DNA of 64,000 bases from Escherichia coli (GTDB lineage: Bacteria; Pseudomonadota; Gammaproteobacteria; Enterobacterales; Enterobacteriaceae), in NCBI RefSeq assembly GCF_030013595.1, contig NZ_CP122768.1, one strand, 5' to 3'. Made by a program: the position numbers and the translations under genes. The notes under the pieces were generated by a model that ran no database searches, had not been told where the DNA came from, and saw only the letters and a list, made by a program, of their open reading frames with translations. How positions within the stretch are numbered: position 1 is the first letter of the stretch; every line of letters starts with the position of its first letter. Of the stretch, positions 34,314 through 45,579 are shown piece by piece.

Positions 34314-35027
34314 ATGAATGTTAATTACCTGAATGATTCAGATTTGGATTTTCTCCAGCATTGTAGTGAGGAACAATTGGCAAATTTCGCCCGGCTGCTC
34401 ACTCATAATGAAAAAGGCAAAACTCGCCTCTCCAGCGTACTGATGCGCAACGAACTGTTTAAATCGATGGAAGGACATCCCGAGCAACACCGCCGAAACT
34501 GGCAGCTGATTGCCGGAGAATTACAACATTTTGGTGGCGATAGTATCGCCAACAAATTGCGCGGACACGGTAAATTGTATCGGGCCATTTTGCTCGATGT
34601 TTCAAAACGATTGAAGCTGAAAGCCGACAAAGAGATGTCTACGTTTGAAATTGAGCAACAGTTACTGGAACAATTTCTGCGTAATACCTGGAAGAAAATG
34701 GACGAGGAACATAAGCAGGAGTTTCTGCACGCGGTCGATGCCAGGGTGAATGAGCTGGAAGAGCTGCTGCCGCTGCTGATGAAAGACAAATTATTGGCAA
34801 AAGGCGTGTCGCATTTGCTTTCCAGCCAATTGACCCGCATTTTGCGCACCCACGCAGCAATGAGCGTACTTGGGCATGGTTTGCTGCGCGGCGCGGGGCT
34901 GGGAGGCCCTGTAGGCGCGGCACTAAATGGGGTTAAAGCGGTCAGCGGCAGCGCCTATCGAGTGACGATTCCAGCCGTACTGCAAATCGCCTGCCTGCGC
35001 CGGATGGTTAGTGCCACTCAGGTCTGA
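34314..35027 (+). CDS. yaaW: UPF0174 protein YaaW
   Basis: 237-aa ORF MNVNYLNDSDLDFLQHCSEEQLANFARLL.... Conserved position. Confidence 0.85.
   Translation: MNVNYLNDSDLDFLQHCSEEQLANFARLLTHNEKGKTRLSSVLMRNELFKSMEGHPEQHRRNWQLIAGELQHFGGDSIANKLRGHGKLYRAILLDVSKRLKLKADKEMSTFEIEQQLLEQFLRNTWKKMDEEHKQEFLHAVDARVNELEELLPLLMKDKLLAKGVSHLLSSQLTRILRTHAAMSVLGHGLLRGAGLGGPVGAALNGVKAVSGSAYRVTIPAVLQIACLRRMVSATQV
34403..34840 (-). CDS. mbiA: dubious ORF antisense to yaaW (mbiA/htgA position)
   Basis: ORF MRVNWLESKCDTPF... lies entirely antisense to yaaW. It is shorter here (145 aa) than the 161 aa I recall for K-12, so it may not be a real gene. Confidence 0.2.
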   Translation of the reverse strand: MRVNWLESKCDTPFANNLSFISSGSSSSSSFTLASTACRNSCLCSSSIFFQVLRRNCSSNCCSISNVDISLSAFSFNRFETSSKMARYNLPCPRNLLAILSPPKCCNSPAISCQFRRCCSGCPSIDLNSSLRISTLERRVLPFSL

Positions 35028-35175
35028 TACCGGAAACCGGGGAAAATTTTCATTTTCCCTTCAAAAGATCGTAGACACTGCCCCACTGGCTGATTATTAT
35101 GCCGCGCCCTGAAAACACTACAGTTATTCAGGGAAATTATTTCACCATTCATTCGATGATGATTTTTGAGGAATT

Positions 35176-35742
35176 ATGGGCAACACTAAGTTGGCTAATC
35201 CGGCACCGCTGGGCCTGATGGGCTTCGGCATGACCACCATTCTGCTTAACCTGCACAACGTGGGTTATTTCGCTCTGGACGGTATTATTCTTGCCATGGG
35301 CATTTTCTACGGCGGCATCGCGCAAATTTTTGCTGGTCTGCTGGAGTACAAAAAAGGCAACACTTTCGGTTTAACCGCATTCACCTCTTACGGTTCTTTC
35401 TGGCTGACGCTGGTTGCGATTCTGCTGATGCCGAAACTGGGTCTGACCGATGCGCCAAATGCACAGTTCCTTGGTGTCTACCTGGGTCTGTGGGGCGTAT
35501 TTACGCTGTTTATGTTCTTCGGCACGCTGAAAGGCGCACGCGTTCTGCAATTCGTTTTCTTTAGCCTGACCGTGCTGTTTGCCCTGCTGGCGATCGGTAA
35601 CATTGTCGGTAATGCCGCGATCATCCACTTTGCCGGCTGGATTGGTCTGATCTGCGGTGCCAGCGCAATCTATCTGGCGATGGGTGAAGTACTGAACGAG
35701 CAGTTTGGTCGCACCGTTCTGCCGATTGGTGAATCGCACTAA
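35176..35742 (+). CDS. satP: succinate-acetate/proton symporter (GPR1/FUN34/YaaH family)
   Basis: 188-aa six-TM ORF MGNTKLANPAPLGLMGFGMTTILLNLHN.... Confidence 0.93.
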   Translation: MGNTKLANPAPLGLMGFGMTTILLNLHNVGYFALDGIILAMGIFYGGIAQIFAGLLEYKKGNTFGLTAFTSYGSFWLTLVAILLMPKLGLTDAPNAQFLGVYLGLWGVFTLFMFFGTLKGARVLQFVFFSLTVLFALLAIGNIVGNAAIIHFAGWIGLICGASAIYLAMGEVLNEQFGRTVLPIGESH

Positions 35743-35752
35743 TTGTTTTGAG

Positions 35753-35778
35753 ATCCCCCCGCTCGGGGGGATTTTTTT
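35753..35778 (+). terminator. rho-independent terminator of satP, overlapping the mog stop codon
   Basis: cccccc-gctc-gggggg hairpin followed by a T7 run. Confidence 0.8.
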
Positions 35779-36364
35779 ATTCGCTAACTTCGCGTCTTGC
35801 ACTCTTCGGTCTGAATGCAGCAACCACTTCCGGTGCCGTTTCAACGTATGGCCCTTCCAGCAACTGAATGCAGTACGGTACGCTGGCAAAAATACCGTGC
35901 ACCATAACGTTACCCTCAGCGTCCTTTACACCTTCCAGCGTCTCTTTAATAGACTTCGGCTGACCGGGTAAGTTAAGGATCAGCGCCTGTTTGCGAATCA
36001 CACCCACCTGACGCGAAAGGATCGCAGTTGGTACAAAATGCAGGCTGATCTGGCGCATCTGTTCACCAAAGCCAGGCATCTCGCGGTCCGCTACTGCCAG
36101 CGTCGCATCGGGCGTTACGTCACGACGCGCCGGGCCAGTTCCGCCCGTGGTGAGCACCAGATGGCAACTCATTTCATCCACCAGCTCACACAACGTTTGC
36201 TCGATGATCGCCTGCTCATCGGGGATTAAGCGGGTTTCCAGTTCAAACGGCGTGGTTAGCGCCGATGTCAGCCATTCTTCCAGCGCAGGGATGCCTTTAT
36301 CCTGATAAACGCCGCTGGATGCGCGATCAGAGATGGAAACTAAGCCAATACGTAAAGTATTCAT
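35777..36364 (-). CDS. mog: molybdopterin adenylyltransferase
   Basis: MNTLRIGLVSISDRASSGVYQDKGIPALEEWL..., 195 aa from the second Met. Confidence 0.94.
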   Translation of the reverse strand: MNTLRIGLVSISDRASSGVYQDKGIPALEEWLTSALTTPFELETRLIPDEQAIIEQTLCELVDEMSCHLVLTTGGTGPARRDVTPDATLAVADREMPGFGEQMRQISLHFVPTAILSRQVGVIRKQALILNLPGQPKSIKETLEGVKDAEGNVMVHGIFASVPYCIQLLEGPYVETAPEVVAAFRPKSARREVSE

Positions 36365-36444
36365 CAAGATTTTTCCGTTTAAACAGTCTCGTTAAACAGA
36401 ATGATACACTGCGAAGGGAGTGACAGACAGGCTTCAGAAGAGGT

Positions 36445-36470
36445 AGCGTGACCGACTTCCCGGTCACGCT
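36445..36470 (-). terminator. hairpin downstream of talB
   Basis: agcgtgaccg-acttcc-cggtcacgct is a 10-bp perfect stem just after the talB stop. The U-run is weak. Confidence 0.5.
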
Positions 36471-36478
36471 AAGAATGA

Positions 36479-37432
36479 TTACAGCAGATCGCCGATCATT
36501 TTTTCCAGTTTTTCTTGGTCAACAGCAAACTTACGGATACCTTCCGCCAGTTTATCTACTGCCATTGGATCCTGGTTGTGCTGCCACAGGAACTCGGACT
36601 CAGTGATACGCGCCGGACGCGCTTTCACTTCGCCGGTGTAAGACAGTTTACGTTCGATAGCCCCTTCGCTCTCAGCCAGCTCTTTCAGCAGTGCCGGTGC
36701 GATGGTCAGACGGTCGCAACCTGCCAGTTCCAGAATTTCGCCGATGTTACGGAAGCTTGCGCCCATAACCACGGTTTCATAACCGTGCTCTTTGTAGTAC
36801 TGGTAGATTTCAGATACAGAAACCACGCCCGGATCTTCTGCCGGAGCGTACTCTTTCTTGTCGGTATTCGCTTTGTACCAGTCAAGAATACGGCCAACAA
36901 ACGGCGAGATCAGGAACACGCCCGCTTCCGCACAAGCACGAGCCTGAGCGAAGGAGAACAGCAGTGTCAGGTTACAGTTAATACCTTCTTTTTCCAGCTG
37001 TTCTGCAGCACGGATACCCTGCCAGGTAGAAGCCAGTTTGATCAGAATACGATCGTTGCTAATCCCTGCATCGTTGTAGAGTTTGATCAGGCGTTTTGCT
37101 TTCGCAATTGACGCTTCGGTGTCATAGGAAAGACGCGCATCAACTTCAGTTGAGATACGGCCCGGAACCAGTTTCAGGATTTCCAGACCAATATTTACTG
37201 CCAGTTTGTCGGTCGCGTCCACGATCTGCTGCGCGCGATCGTTGCTCTGCTGTTTCGCCCAGGCGACAGCATCATCAATCAACTTACGGTATTCCGGAAT
37301 CTGCGCTGCGTTAAGAATGAGAGAAGGGTTGGTTGTGGCATCCTGCGGTTGATACAGCTTCATTGCCGCGATGTCCCCAGTGTCGGCCACTACGGTGGTG
37401 TACTGACGAAGGGAGGTCAATTTGTCCGTCAT
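36479..37432 (-). CDS. talB: transaldolase B
   Basis: An internal Met gives [40 protein letters not shown]..., 317 aa. Confidence 0.97.
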
Positions 37433-37710
37433 GATAGTATTTCTCTTTAAACAGCTTGTTAGGGGGATGTAACCGGTCTGCCCTGATGATATCACGACGC
37501 AACGTCAGCGCAACCGCCGACAAGACGGTTATCGCCAGGCGAGACTGTTTCGGATTTCTGACACTGCGTTGATATCGCCCGCCATTTTTATACAAAACCT
37601 CATGTATGCTACGCAGAAGTTATCAAGTACCTCGTAGCGTATATACTTCTTAAACAATTGGTAACGTTTACACAGGAAAGTCATCGCGACCGGCAATAAG
37701 AGGGATATGC

Positions 37711-39141
37711 ATGCCAGATTTTTTCTCCTTTATTAACAGCGTCCTTTGGGGATCGGTAATGATTTACCTGCTCTTCGGCGCAGGTTGTTGGTTCACTTTT
37801 CGCACCGGATTTGTGCAGTTTCGCTACATCCGCCAGTTTGGCAAAAGTCTTAAAAATAGCATTCATCCACAGCCAGGCGGTTTAACCTCATTTCAATCAT
37901 TGTGTACCAGTCTTGCGGCGCGCGTGGGTAGCGGCAACCTGGCTGGCGTTGCGCTGGCTATTACCGCCGGTGGACCAGGTGCCGTCTTCTGGATGTGGGT
38001 TGCCGCGTTTATCGGCATGGCGACCTCGTTTGCCGAATGTTCCCTTGCACAACTTTATAAAGAACGTGACGTTAATGGGCAGTTTCGTGGCGGACCGGCA
38101 TGGTATATGGCGCGCGGGCTGGGGATGCGCTGGATGGGCGTTCTGTTCGCCCTCTTTTTGCTCATCGCCTACGGCATAATTTTCAGCGGAGTTCAGGCGA
38201 ACGCCGTTGCCCGAGCCCTGAGTTTTTCTTTTGATTTTCCCCCGCTGGTGACAGGCATTATTCTTGCTGTCTTTGCTCTGCTGGCAATCACTCGCGGTCT
38301 TCATGGCGTCGCCCGGCTCATGCAAGGGTTTGTCCCGTTGATGGCGATAATCTGGGTACTGACCAGCCTGGTAATTTGCGTAATGAATATCGGGCAACTT
38401 CCCCACGTCATTTGGTCTATTTTTGAGAGTGCTTTTGGCTGGCAGGAAGCGGCAGGCGGCGCGGCGGGATATACCTTAAGCCAGGCGATTACTAACGGTT
38501 TTCAGCGCAGTATGTTTTCCAATGAGGCGGGAATGGGGTCGACGCCAAACGCGGCAGCGGCGGCTGCGTCCTGGCCTCCGCATCCCGCAGCGCAAGGAAT
38601 TGTCCAGATGATTGGCATTTTTATCGACACCCTGGTCATCTGTACGGCAAGCGCCATGCTGATATTACTGGCGGGTAACGGCACAACCTACATGCCGCTG
38701 GAAGGTATTCAGCTTATCCAGAAGGCGATGCGGGTGTTAATGGGTTCCTGGGGTGCGGAGTTTGTTACCCTCGTGGTTATTCTGTTTGCCTTCAGCTCCA
38801 TCGTTGCCAATTACATTTATGCCGAAAACAATCTCTTCTTCTTACGCCTGAACAACCCTAAAGCGATCTGGTGTCTGCGAATCTGCACCTTCGCAACGGT
38901 CATCGGCGGCACCTTGCTAAGTCTTCCGCTGATGTGGCAACTGGCAGATATCATTATGGCCTGCATGGCTATTACCAATTTGACCGCCATATTACTGCTC
39001 TCGCCTGTGGTTCATACCATTGCCAGTGATTATCTACGCCAGCGTAAACTCGGCGTGCGCCCGGTGTTTGATCCGTTGCGTTATCCGGATATCGGTCGCC
39101 AGCTTTCTCCGGACGCGTGGGATGATGTTTCGCAGGAGTAA
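37711..39141 (+). CDS. yaaJ: alanine/glycine:cation symporter (AGCS) family transporter
   Basis: 476-aa polytopic ORF MPDFFSFINSVLWGSVMIYLLFGAGCWFTFRTGFVQFRY.... Confidence 0.92.
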   Translation: MPDFFSFINSVLWGSVMIYLLFGAGCWFTFRTGFVQFRYIRQFGKSLKNSIHPQPGGLTSFQSLCTSLAARVGSGNLAGVALAITAGGPGAVFWMWVAAFIGMATSFAECSLAQLYKERDVNGQFRGGPAWYMARGLGMRWMGVLFALFLLIAYGIIFSGVQANAVARALSFSFDFPPLVTGIILAVFALLAITRGLHGVARLMQGFVPLMAIIWVLTSLVICVMNIGQLPHVIWSIFESAFGWQEAAGGAAGYTLSQAITNGFQRSMFSNEAGMGSTPNAAAAAASWPPHPAAQGIVQMIGIFIDTLVICTASAMLILLAGNGTTYMPLEGIQLIQKAMRVLMGSWGAEFVTLVVILFAFSSIVANYIYAENNLFFLRLNNPKAIWCLRICTFATVIGGTLLSLPLMWQLADIIMACMAITNLTAILLLSPVVHTIASDYLRQRKLGVRPVFDPLRYPDIGRQLSPDAWDDVSQE

Positions 39142-39210
39142 TCACAACTATCGATCAACTCATTCTCTTTTTTTGCTAAAGTCGGCATAAATTTCCTGCA
39201 AGGACTGGAT

Positions 39211-39987
39211 ATGCTGATTCTTATTTCACCTGCGAAAACGCTCGATTACCAAAGCCCGTTGCCCACCACGCGCTATACGCTGCCGGAGCTGTTAGACAAT
39301 TCCCAGCAGTTGATCCATGAAGCGCGGAAACTGACGCCTCCGCAGATTAGCACGCTGATGCGCATCAGCGACAAACTGGCGGGTATCAACGCCGCTCGCT
39401 TTCATGACTGGCAGCCAGATTTCACGCCGGAGAATGCCCGCCAGGCGATTCTGGCGTTTAAAGGTGATGTCTACACCGGCTTGCAGGCCGAAACCTTCAG
39501 CGAAGACGATTTCGATTTTGCCCAACAGCATTTGCGAATGCTTTCCGGCTTGTATGGCGTACTGCGCCCGCTCGATTTAATGCAGCCTTATCGTCTGGAA
39601 ATGGGGATCCGTCTTGAGAATGCCCGAGGGAAAGATCTGTATCAATTCTGGGGAGATATCATCACCAACAAGCTGAACGAGGCGCTCGCAGCACAAGGCG
39701 ATAATGTGGTGATTAATCTGGCGTCAGATGAGTATTTTAAATCGGTGAAGCCGAAGAAATTGAATGCCGAGATTATCAAGCCGGTGTTCCTCGATGAGAA
39801 GAACGGCAAATTTAAGATCATCAGCTTCTACGCTAAGAAAGCACGCGGTCTGATGAGTCGTTTCATTATTGAAAATCGGCTGACCAAACCAGAGCAACTG
39901 ACTGGTTTTAATAGCGAAGGTTACTTCTTTGATGAAGCTTCCTCCAGCAATGGTGAACTGGTGTTTAAACGCTACGAGCAGCGTTAA
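39211..39987 (+). CDS. yaaA: peroxide stress resistance protein YaaA (UPF0246)
   Basis: 258-aa [31 protein letters not shown].... Confidence 0.93.
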   Translation: MLILISPAKTLDYQSPLPTTRYTLPELLDNSQQLIHEARKLTPPQISTLMRISDKLAGINAARFHDWQPDFTPENARQAILAFKGDVYTGLQAETFSEDDFDFAQQHLRMLSGLYGVLRPLDLMQPYRLEMGIRLENARGKDLYQFWGDIITNKLNEALAAQGDNVVINLASDEYFKSVKPKKLNAEIIKPVFLDEKNGKFKIISFYAKKARGLMSRFIIENRLTKPEQLTGFNSEGYFFDEASSSNGELVFKRYEQR

Positions 39988-39997
39988 GTTTGTAGTC

Positions 39998-40021
39998 AAT
40001 GCCGGATGGCAATCCGGCATT
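39998..40021. terminator. hairpin between convergent yaaA and yaaX
   Basis: aatgccggat-ggca-atccggcatt is a 9-10 bp stem. No clean U-run on either side. Confidence 0.45.
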
Positions 40022-40026
40022 GATAT

Positions 40027-40323
40027 TTAGCGATGATGTTTGTCAGGCCCCGGACGATGATCGCCACGATGATCATTGTGCTTGTTATGGCGCGGCGATG
40101 GCGGCGGTCCATATGGGTGCCAGCGATTGCCTCGCCATTCATAATGTTGTTTCCACCAGCCGTGGTCGCGCCAGTGACCGCCATCCCAGTAATAGCCACG
40201 ATTATCACGATCGCCTATCTGTAATTTTACTGACGGGACTAACGTAATTTCCGCAGCCTGCGCTGCCATGGGAGCGACCAGAACCAGGGAAAGTGCGAGT
40301 ACGATAGATTGCATCTTTTTCAC
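40027..40323 (-). CDS. yaaX: DUF2502 secreted His/Arg/Trp-rich protein YaaX
   Basis: 98-aa [60 protein letters not shown].... Confidence 0.85.
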   Translation of the reverse strand: MKKMQSIVLALSLVLVAPMAAQAAEITLVPSVKLQIGDRDNRGYYWDGGHWRDHGWWKQHYEWRGNRWHPYGPPPSPRHNKHNDHRGDHRPGPDKHHR

Positions 40324-40536
40324 AGGTTACTCCTTTTATCATTGCCCGTTATGGGTCGATATCCGGAGATTACGCGATGAGAACGGCGGTTGTTATTCTC
40401 CGCAATCCTAATCTCTAAGTTACCGCATTTATTGAGAATTTCTCCTTTTTCCCTGTCGTTTCTCTCCATATTTTCTTCACAAAAAAGCCGGGCTGCATAA
40501 AAGCAAACTCGGCCTGATTGAGATAATGAATAGATA

Positions 40537-41823
40537 TTACTGATGATTCATCATCAATTTACGCAACGCAGCAAAATCGGCGGGCAGATTATGCGAAAGC
40601 AAGGGTAAATCGGCACGTTCTGCCAGCTCTTTTGGCAGATCCAACGTTTCACCGAGAATCGCTTCCACGCTCTCTTTAAATTTCGCCGGATGCGCGGTGC
40701 CGAGGAACAAGCCATATTCGCCTGGATTCAACTGGTCACGCAGCGCACGATAAGCTACGGCAGCGTGCGGCTCCGAGGTGTAGCCCAGTTCTTTTAACTC
40801 ACGCATTGTCTGTTGCGTGGTTTCATCATCCACGGCTGCATAACCCAGCTCTTTCAGTTGCCAGATTTTGCGGCGGAACAACTCTTCCACACGCGGCCAG
40901 TTGTTCGGCTGACTCACGTCCATCGCGTTGGATAACGTCGCCTGAGTCGCTTTGGGGGACCACTGACCGTCGTGCAGGAAACGTGGCACGGTATCGTTCA
41001 CGTTGGTCGCAGCAATAAAACGTTTCACCGGCAGACCGAGTGACTTCGCCAGCAGACCCGCCGTCAAATCGCCGAAGTTACCGCTCGGCACCGAGACAAC
41101 CAGCTGGTTGCGCGCTTCCTGCGGCAACTGCGCCACGGCTTCAAAGTAGTAGCAAATCTGCGCCAGCAAACGGCTGATGTTAATGGAGTTAGCAGAGTTT
41201 AACCCCAGCGCCACTTTCAGTTCTTCATCATCAAACGCCTGCTTCACCAGCGCCTGACAGGCATCGAAATCGCCGTCGATGGCAACAGTTTCAATATTGC
41301 CGCCCAATGTACAGAACAGTTTTTCTTGCAGTGGACTGATTTTGCCTCGTGGATAGAGGATAACCACTTTCACATTCGGCAAACCGTAGAAAGCATGAGC
41401 CACTGCCGCTCCGGTATCACCGGAGGTCGCGGTCAGAATGGTCACTGGCTTATCGCCCGCAATATGGGTCAGCATTTGTGCCATAAAGCGACCGCCGAAA
41501 TCTTTAAATGCCAGCGTTGGCCCGTGGAACAACTCCAGACAACCGACATCGCTTTCAACATTGGCGACCGGAGCCGGGAAGGCAAACGCCGCGCGTACGC
41601 GCTCTTCCAGGATTTCCTGCGGGATTTCATCACCAATAAACGCCGAGAGGATCTTCGCACTGCGGGTGACAAAATCCAGCTTCAGCATCTCATCAATTTC
41701 AGTCAGGCTGAATTCCGGCAGGTCGTGCGGGAAAAACAGCCCCTGATTTTTGCCCAACCCCTGGGTTACGGCTTGCGCAAAGCTGACCTGCTCATTGTGA
41801 TCTTTAAGATTGTAGAGTTTCAT
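40537..41823 (-). CDS. thrC: threonine synthase
   Basis: 428-aa ORF MKLYNLKDHNEQVSFAQAVTQGLGKNQGLFFP.... Confidence 0.97.
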   Translation of the reverse strand: MKLYNLKDHNEQVSFAQAVTQGLGKNQGLFFPHDLPEFSLTEIDEMLKLDFVTRSAKILSAFIGDEIPQEILEERVRAAFAFPAPVANVESDVGCLELFHGPTLAFKDFGGRFMAQMLTHIAGDKPVTILTATSGDTGAAVAHAFYGLPNVKVVILYPRGKISPLQEKLFCTLGGNIETVAIDGDFDACQALVKQAFDDEELKVALGLNSANSINISRLLAQICYYFEAVAQLPQEARNQLVVSVPSGNFGDLTAGLLAKSLGLPVKRFIAATNVNDTVPRFLHDGQWSPKATQATLSNAMDVSQPNNWPRVEELFRRKIWQLKELGYAAVDDETTQQTMRELKELGYTSEPHAAVAYRALRDQLNPGEYGLFLGTAHPAKFKESVEAILGETLDLPKELAERADLPLLSHNLPADFAALRKLMMNHQ

Positions 41824-42756
41824 TTAGTTTTCCAGTACTCGTGCGCCCGCCGTATCCAGCCGGCAAATATGAACAAAACCTTCCTGATTTTGCAGGTAGT
41901 TCTTACCCAACCAGTCGGCAACGCGCTGGGCGGTATCCGGCTTGTCACACAGAGCGAACAAAGTCGGGCCGGAGCCGGAGATACCGCTCGCTACCGCGCC
42001 GATTTCCGCGACCGCCTGCCGCGCCTGCCGGAAGCCTGGCAGTAACCGTTCACGGTAGGGTTCAGCGATAACATCTTTCATCAGCTTCGCGGCAAGCTCA
42101 GGCTGACGGGAATAGCAGGCGTGAATAAAGCCTGCCAGATGTCGCCCGTGCGCAATGCAATCCTGGCGGCGATACTGCGCCGGTAAAATAGCCCTGGCTT
42201 CTGCCGTCGAGACTTTAATCCCCGGATACGCCAGCACCCACAGCCACTCATCAAACCCTGGCACTTGCTGGCTGATGATGTCGTTTTCTTCGATCATCAA
42301 CTGCATACCACCAAGAAAACACGGTGCCACGTTGTCGTAATGAATGCTGCCGGAGATACGCCCTTCCAGCTCGCCCATCAAAGCCAGCAAACGGGTGCCA
42401 TTAAGCGGCTTGCCGCAGTGTTCATTCATCGCCATCAGCGCCGCGACCACTGAGCAGGCGCTGGAGCCTAAGCCCGAGCCGATCGGCATATTCTTTTCCA
42501 GGGTCATCGCCACTGGAATTTGCTTACCCAGCTCCTGGCAAAAACGCTCCCAACACTGATAAACGATATTTTCCCGAGGTTCTGACGGCAGCTTATCGGC
42601 AAAGCGTCCGAGGTTATTGAGACTGAATGTCTCTGCCGCCTCAACCGTGACTACATCTCCGAGCAATGCACCATCAACGGGTGTCACCGCCGCCCCGAGC
42701 ACATCAAACCCGACGCTCATATTGGCACTGGAAGCCGGGGCATAAACTTTAACCAT
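41824..42756 (-). CDS. thrB: homoserine kinase
   Basis: 310-aa [27 protein letters not shown]... with the GHMP kinase motif [10 protein letters not shown]. Confidence 0.97.
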   Translation of the reverse strand: MVKVYAPASSANMSVGFDVLGAAVTPVDGALLGDVVTVEAAETFSLNNLGRFADKLPSEPRENIVYQCWERFCQELGKQIPVAMTLEKNMPIGSGLGSSACSVVAALMAMNEHCGKPLNGTRLLALMGELEGRISGSIHYDNVAPCFLGGMQLMIEENDIISQQVPGFDEWLWVLAYPGIKVSTAEARAILPAQYRRQDCIAHGRHLAGFIHACYSRQPELAAKLMKDVIAEPYRERLLPGFRQARQAVAEIGAVASGISGSGPTLFALCDKPDTAQRVADWLGKNYLQNQEGFVHICRLDTAGARVLEN

Positions 42757-42757
42757 G

Positions 42758-45220
42758 TCAGACTCCTAACTTCCATGAGAGGGTACGTAGTAGATCGGCA
42801 AAAACACCGGCAGCTGTAACGTCATTGCCCGCACCATATCCGCGCAGCACCAACGGCAGCGGCTGATAATAGTGGCTATAGAAGGCCAGGGCGTTTTCGC
42901 CATTTTTCACTTTGAACAGCGGATCATTACCATCCACTTCGGCAATCTTCACGCGACAGACGCCATCTTCATCAATATTGCCAACATAGCGTAAAACTTT
43001 TCCTTCATCACGGGCCTTCGCCACGCGCGCGGCAAAGAGATCGTCGAGCTGTGACAGATTCGCCATAAAAGCGGTAACATCACCCTCGGCGTTAAACTCA
43101 GCAGGCAGCACAGGTTCAATTTCAATATCCGCCAGCTCCAGTTCACGTCCCGTTTCACGAGCGAGAATCAAAAGTTTACGCGCCACATCCATACCAGAAA
43201 GATCATCTCGCGGATCCGGTTCGGTATAACCCATTTCCCGCGCCAGCGTGGTCGCCTCGGAGAAACTCATGCCTTCGTCTAACTTGCCGAAGATATAAGA
43301 AAGCGAACCAGAAAGAATGCCGGAGAACTTCATCAATTCATCACCTGCATTGAGCAGATTTTGCAGGTTCTCAATAACCGGTAATCCAGCCCCAACGTTG
43401 GTGTCATAGAGGAATTTACGCCGCGATTTTTCCGCCGCATGACGCAACAGATGGTAGTAATCCATCGACGAGGTGTTAGCCTTTTTGTTCGGCGTAACAA
43501 CGTGGAAACCTTCGCGCAGGAAGTCGGCATATTGATCCGCCACTGCCTGGCTGGAGGTGCAGTCAACAATGACCGGGTTTAGCAGATGATATTCTTTCAC
43601 GAGGCGAATTAAGCGCCCGAGATTAAACGGCTCTTTGGCTTGCGCCAGTTCTTCCTGCCAGTTTTCCAGATTAAGGCCATGTACATTGGTGAGCAGAGCC
43701 TTCGAGTTGGCAACACCGCAGACACGTAAGTCGATATGTTTATTCTTCAGCCAGCTTTGCTGACGCTTCAGTTGCTCCAGCAGCGCACCGCCAACGCCAC
43801 CGACGCCAATCACAAACACTTCGATAACCTGATCGGTATTGAACAGCATCTGATGAGTAACGCGCACGCCAGTGGTCGCATCATCGTTATTTACCACGAC
43901 AGAGATTGAGCGTTCAGAAGATCCCTGAGCAATGGCGACAATGTTGATATTGGCGCGGGCCAGCGCGGCAAAGAATTTCGCCGAGATCCCACGCAAGGTG
44001 CGCATACCATCACCTACCACCGAGATAATGGCCAGCCGTTCCGTCACTGCCAGCGGCTCCAGTAAGCCTTCTTTCAGTTCCAGGTAGAACTCTTCCTGCA
44101 TTGCCCGTTCAGCTCGCACACAGTCGCTTTGTGGAACGCAGAAACTGATACTGTATTCAGAAGATGATTGCGTAATCAGCACCACGGAAATACGGGCGCG
44201 TGACATCGCTGCAAAGACGCGCGCCGCCATGCCGACCATCCCTTTCATCCCCGGACCAGAAACGCTGAACATTGCCATGTTATTCAGATTGGAAATGCCC
44301 TTGACCGGTAATTCGTCTTCATCACGGCTGGCACCAATGAGCGTACCTGGTGCTTGAGGATTTCCGGTATTTTTAATCAGGCAAGGGATCTGGAACTGGG
44401 CGATGGGGGTAATGGTGCGGGGGTGAAGAACTTTAGCGCCGAAGTAGGAAAGCTCCATCGCTTCCTGGTAGGACATCGACTTCAACAACCTCGCATCGGG
44501 CACCTGACGCGGGTCGCAGGTATAGACCCCGTCAACGTCTGTCCAAATCTCGCAACAATCGGCGCGTAAACAGGCAGCCAGCACCGCCGCGGAGTAGTCG
44601 GAACCGTTGCGTCCAAGCACCACCAGTTCGCCTTTTTCATTACCGGCGGTGAAACCTGCCATCAGCACCATGTGATCAGCCGGAATACGACTTGCCGCAA
44701 TACGGCGGGTGGACTCAGCAATATCGACGGTAGATTCGAGGTAATGCCCCACTGCCAGCAGTTTTTCGACCGGATCGATAACGGTAACGTTGTGACCGCG
44801 CGCTTCTAATACGCCGGCCATAATGGCGATCGACATTTTCTCGCCACGGCAAATCAGCGCAGCGTTGATGCTATCCGGGCACTGCCCCAACAAACTAATG
44901 CCATGCAGGACATGTTTTATTTGGGCAAATTCCTGATCGACGAAAGTTTTCAATTGCGCCAGCGGGAACCCCGGCTGGGCGGCGGCGAGTCCCGTCAAAA
45001 GTTCGGCAAAAATACGTTCGGCATCGCTGATATTGGGTAAAGCATCCTGGCCGCTAATGGTTTTTTCAATCATCGCCACCAGGTGGTTGGTGATTTTGGC
45101 GGGGGCAGAGAGGACGGTGGCCACCTGCCCCTGCCTGGCATTGCTTTCCAGAATATCGGCAACCCGCAGAAAACGTTCTGCATTTGCCACTGATGTACCG
45201 CCGAACTTCAACACTCGCAT
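42758..45220 (-). CDS. thrA: bifunctional aspartokinase I / homoserine dehydrogenase I
   Basis: An internal Met gives [32 protein letters not shown]..., 820 aa. Confidence 0.97.
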   Translation of the reverse strand: MRVLKFGGTSVANAERFLRVADILESNARQGQVATVLSAPAKITNHLVAMIEKTISGQDALPNISDAERIFAELLTGLAAAQPGFPLAQLKTFVDQEFAQIKHVLHGISLLGQCPDSINAALICRGEKMSIAIMAGVLEARGHNVTVIDPVEKLLAVGHYLESTVDIAESTRRIAASRIPADHMVLMAGFTAGNEKGELVVLGRNGSDYSAAVLAACLRADCCEIWTDVDGVYTCDPRQVPDARLLKSMSYQEAMELSYFGAKVLHPRTITPIAQFQIPCLIKNTGNPQAPGTLIGASRDEDELPVKGISNLNNMAMFSVSGPGMKGMVGMAARVFAAMSRARISVVLITQSSSEYSISFCVPQSDCVRAERAMQEEFYLELKEGLLEPLAVTERLAIISVVGDGMRTLRGISAKFFAALARANINIVAIAQGSSERSISVVVNNDDATTGVRVTHQMLFNTDQVIEVFVIGVGGVGGALLEQLKRQQSWLKNKHIDLRVCGVANSKALLTNVHGLNLENWQEELAQAKEPFNLGRLIRLVKEYHLLNPVIVDCTSSQAVADQYADFLREGFHVVTPNKKANTSSMDYYHLLRHAAEKSRRKFLYDTNVGAGLPVIENLQNLLNAGDELMKFSGILSGSLSYIFGKLDEGMSFSEATTLAREMGYTEPDPRDDLSGMDVARKLLILARETGRELELADIEIEPVLPAEFNAEGDVTAFMANLSQLDDLFAARVAKARDEGKVLRYVGNIDEDGVCRVKIAEVDGNDPLFKVKNGENALAFYSHYYQPLPLVLRGYGAGNDVTAAGVFADLLRTLSWKLGV

Positions 45221-45246
45221 GGTTGTTACCTCGTTACCTTTGGTCG

Positions 45247-45282
45247 AAAAAAAAGCCCGCACTGTCAGGTGCGGGCTTTTTT
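45247..45282 (-). terminator. thr operon attenuator (terminator hairpin plus U-run)
   Basis: The minus strand reads AAAAAAGCCCGCACCTGACAGTGCGGGCTTTTTTTT, between thrL and thrA. Confidence 0.9.
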
Positions 45283-45300
45283 CTGTGTTTCCTGTACGCG

Positions 45301-45369
<69 letters not shown>

Positions 45370-45579
45370 TGTTGTGTACTCTGTAATTTTTAACTGTCTG
45401 TGCGCTATGCCTATATTGGTTAAAGTATTTAGTGACCTAAGTCAATAAAATTTTAATTTACTCACGGCAGGTAACCAGTTCAGAAGCTGCTATCAGACAC
45501 TCTTTTTTTAATCCACACAGAGACATATTGCCCGTTGCAGTCAGAATGAAAAGCTGAAAAATACTTACTAAGGCGTTTT

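Noticed and set aside
45480-45560. thrL upstream DNA is joined directly to lasT, genes that lie at opposite ends of the K-12 map.
   Set aside because: This is only the arbitrary K-12 coordinate origin on a circular chromosome. The sequence reads continuously, so it is not a rearrangement.
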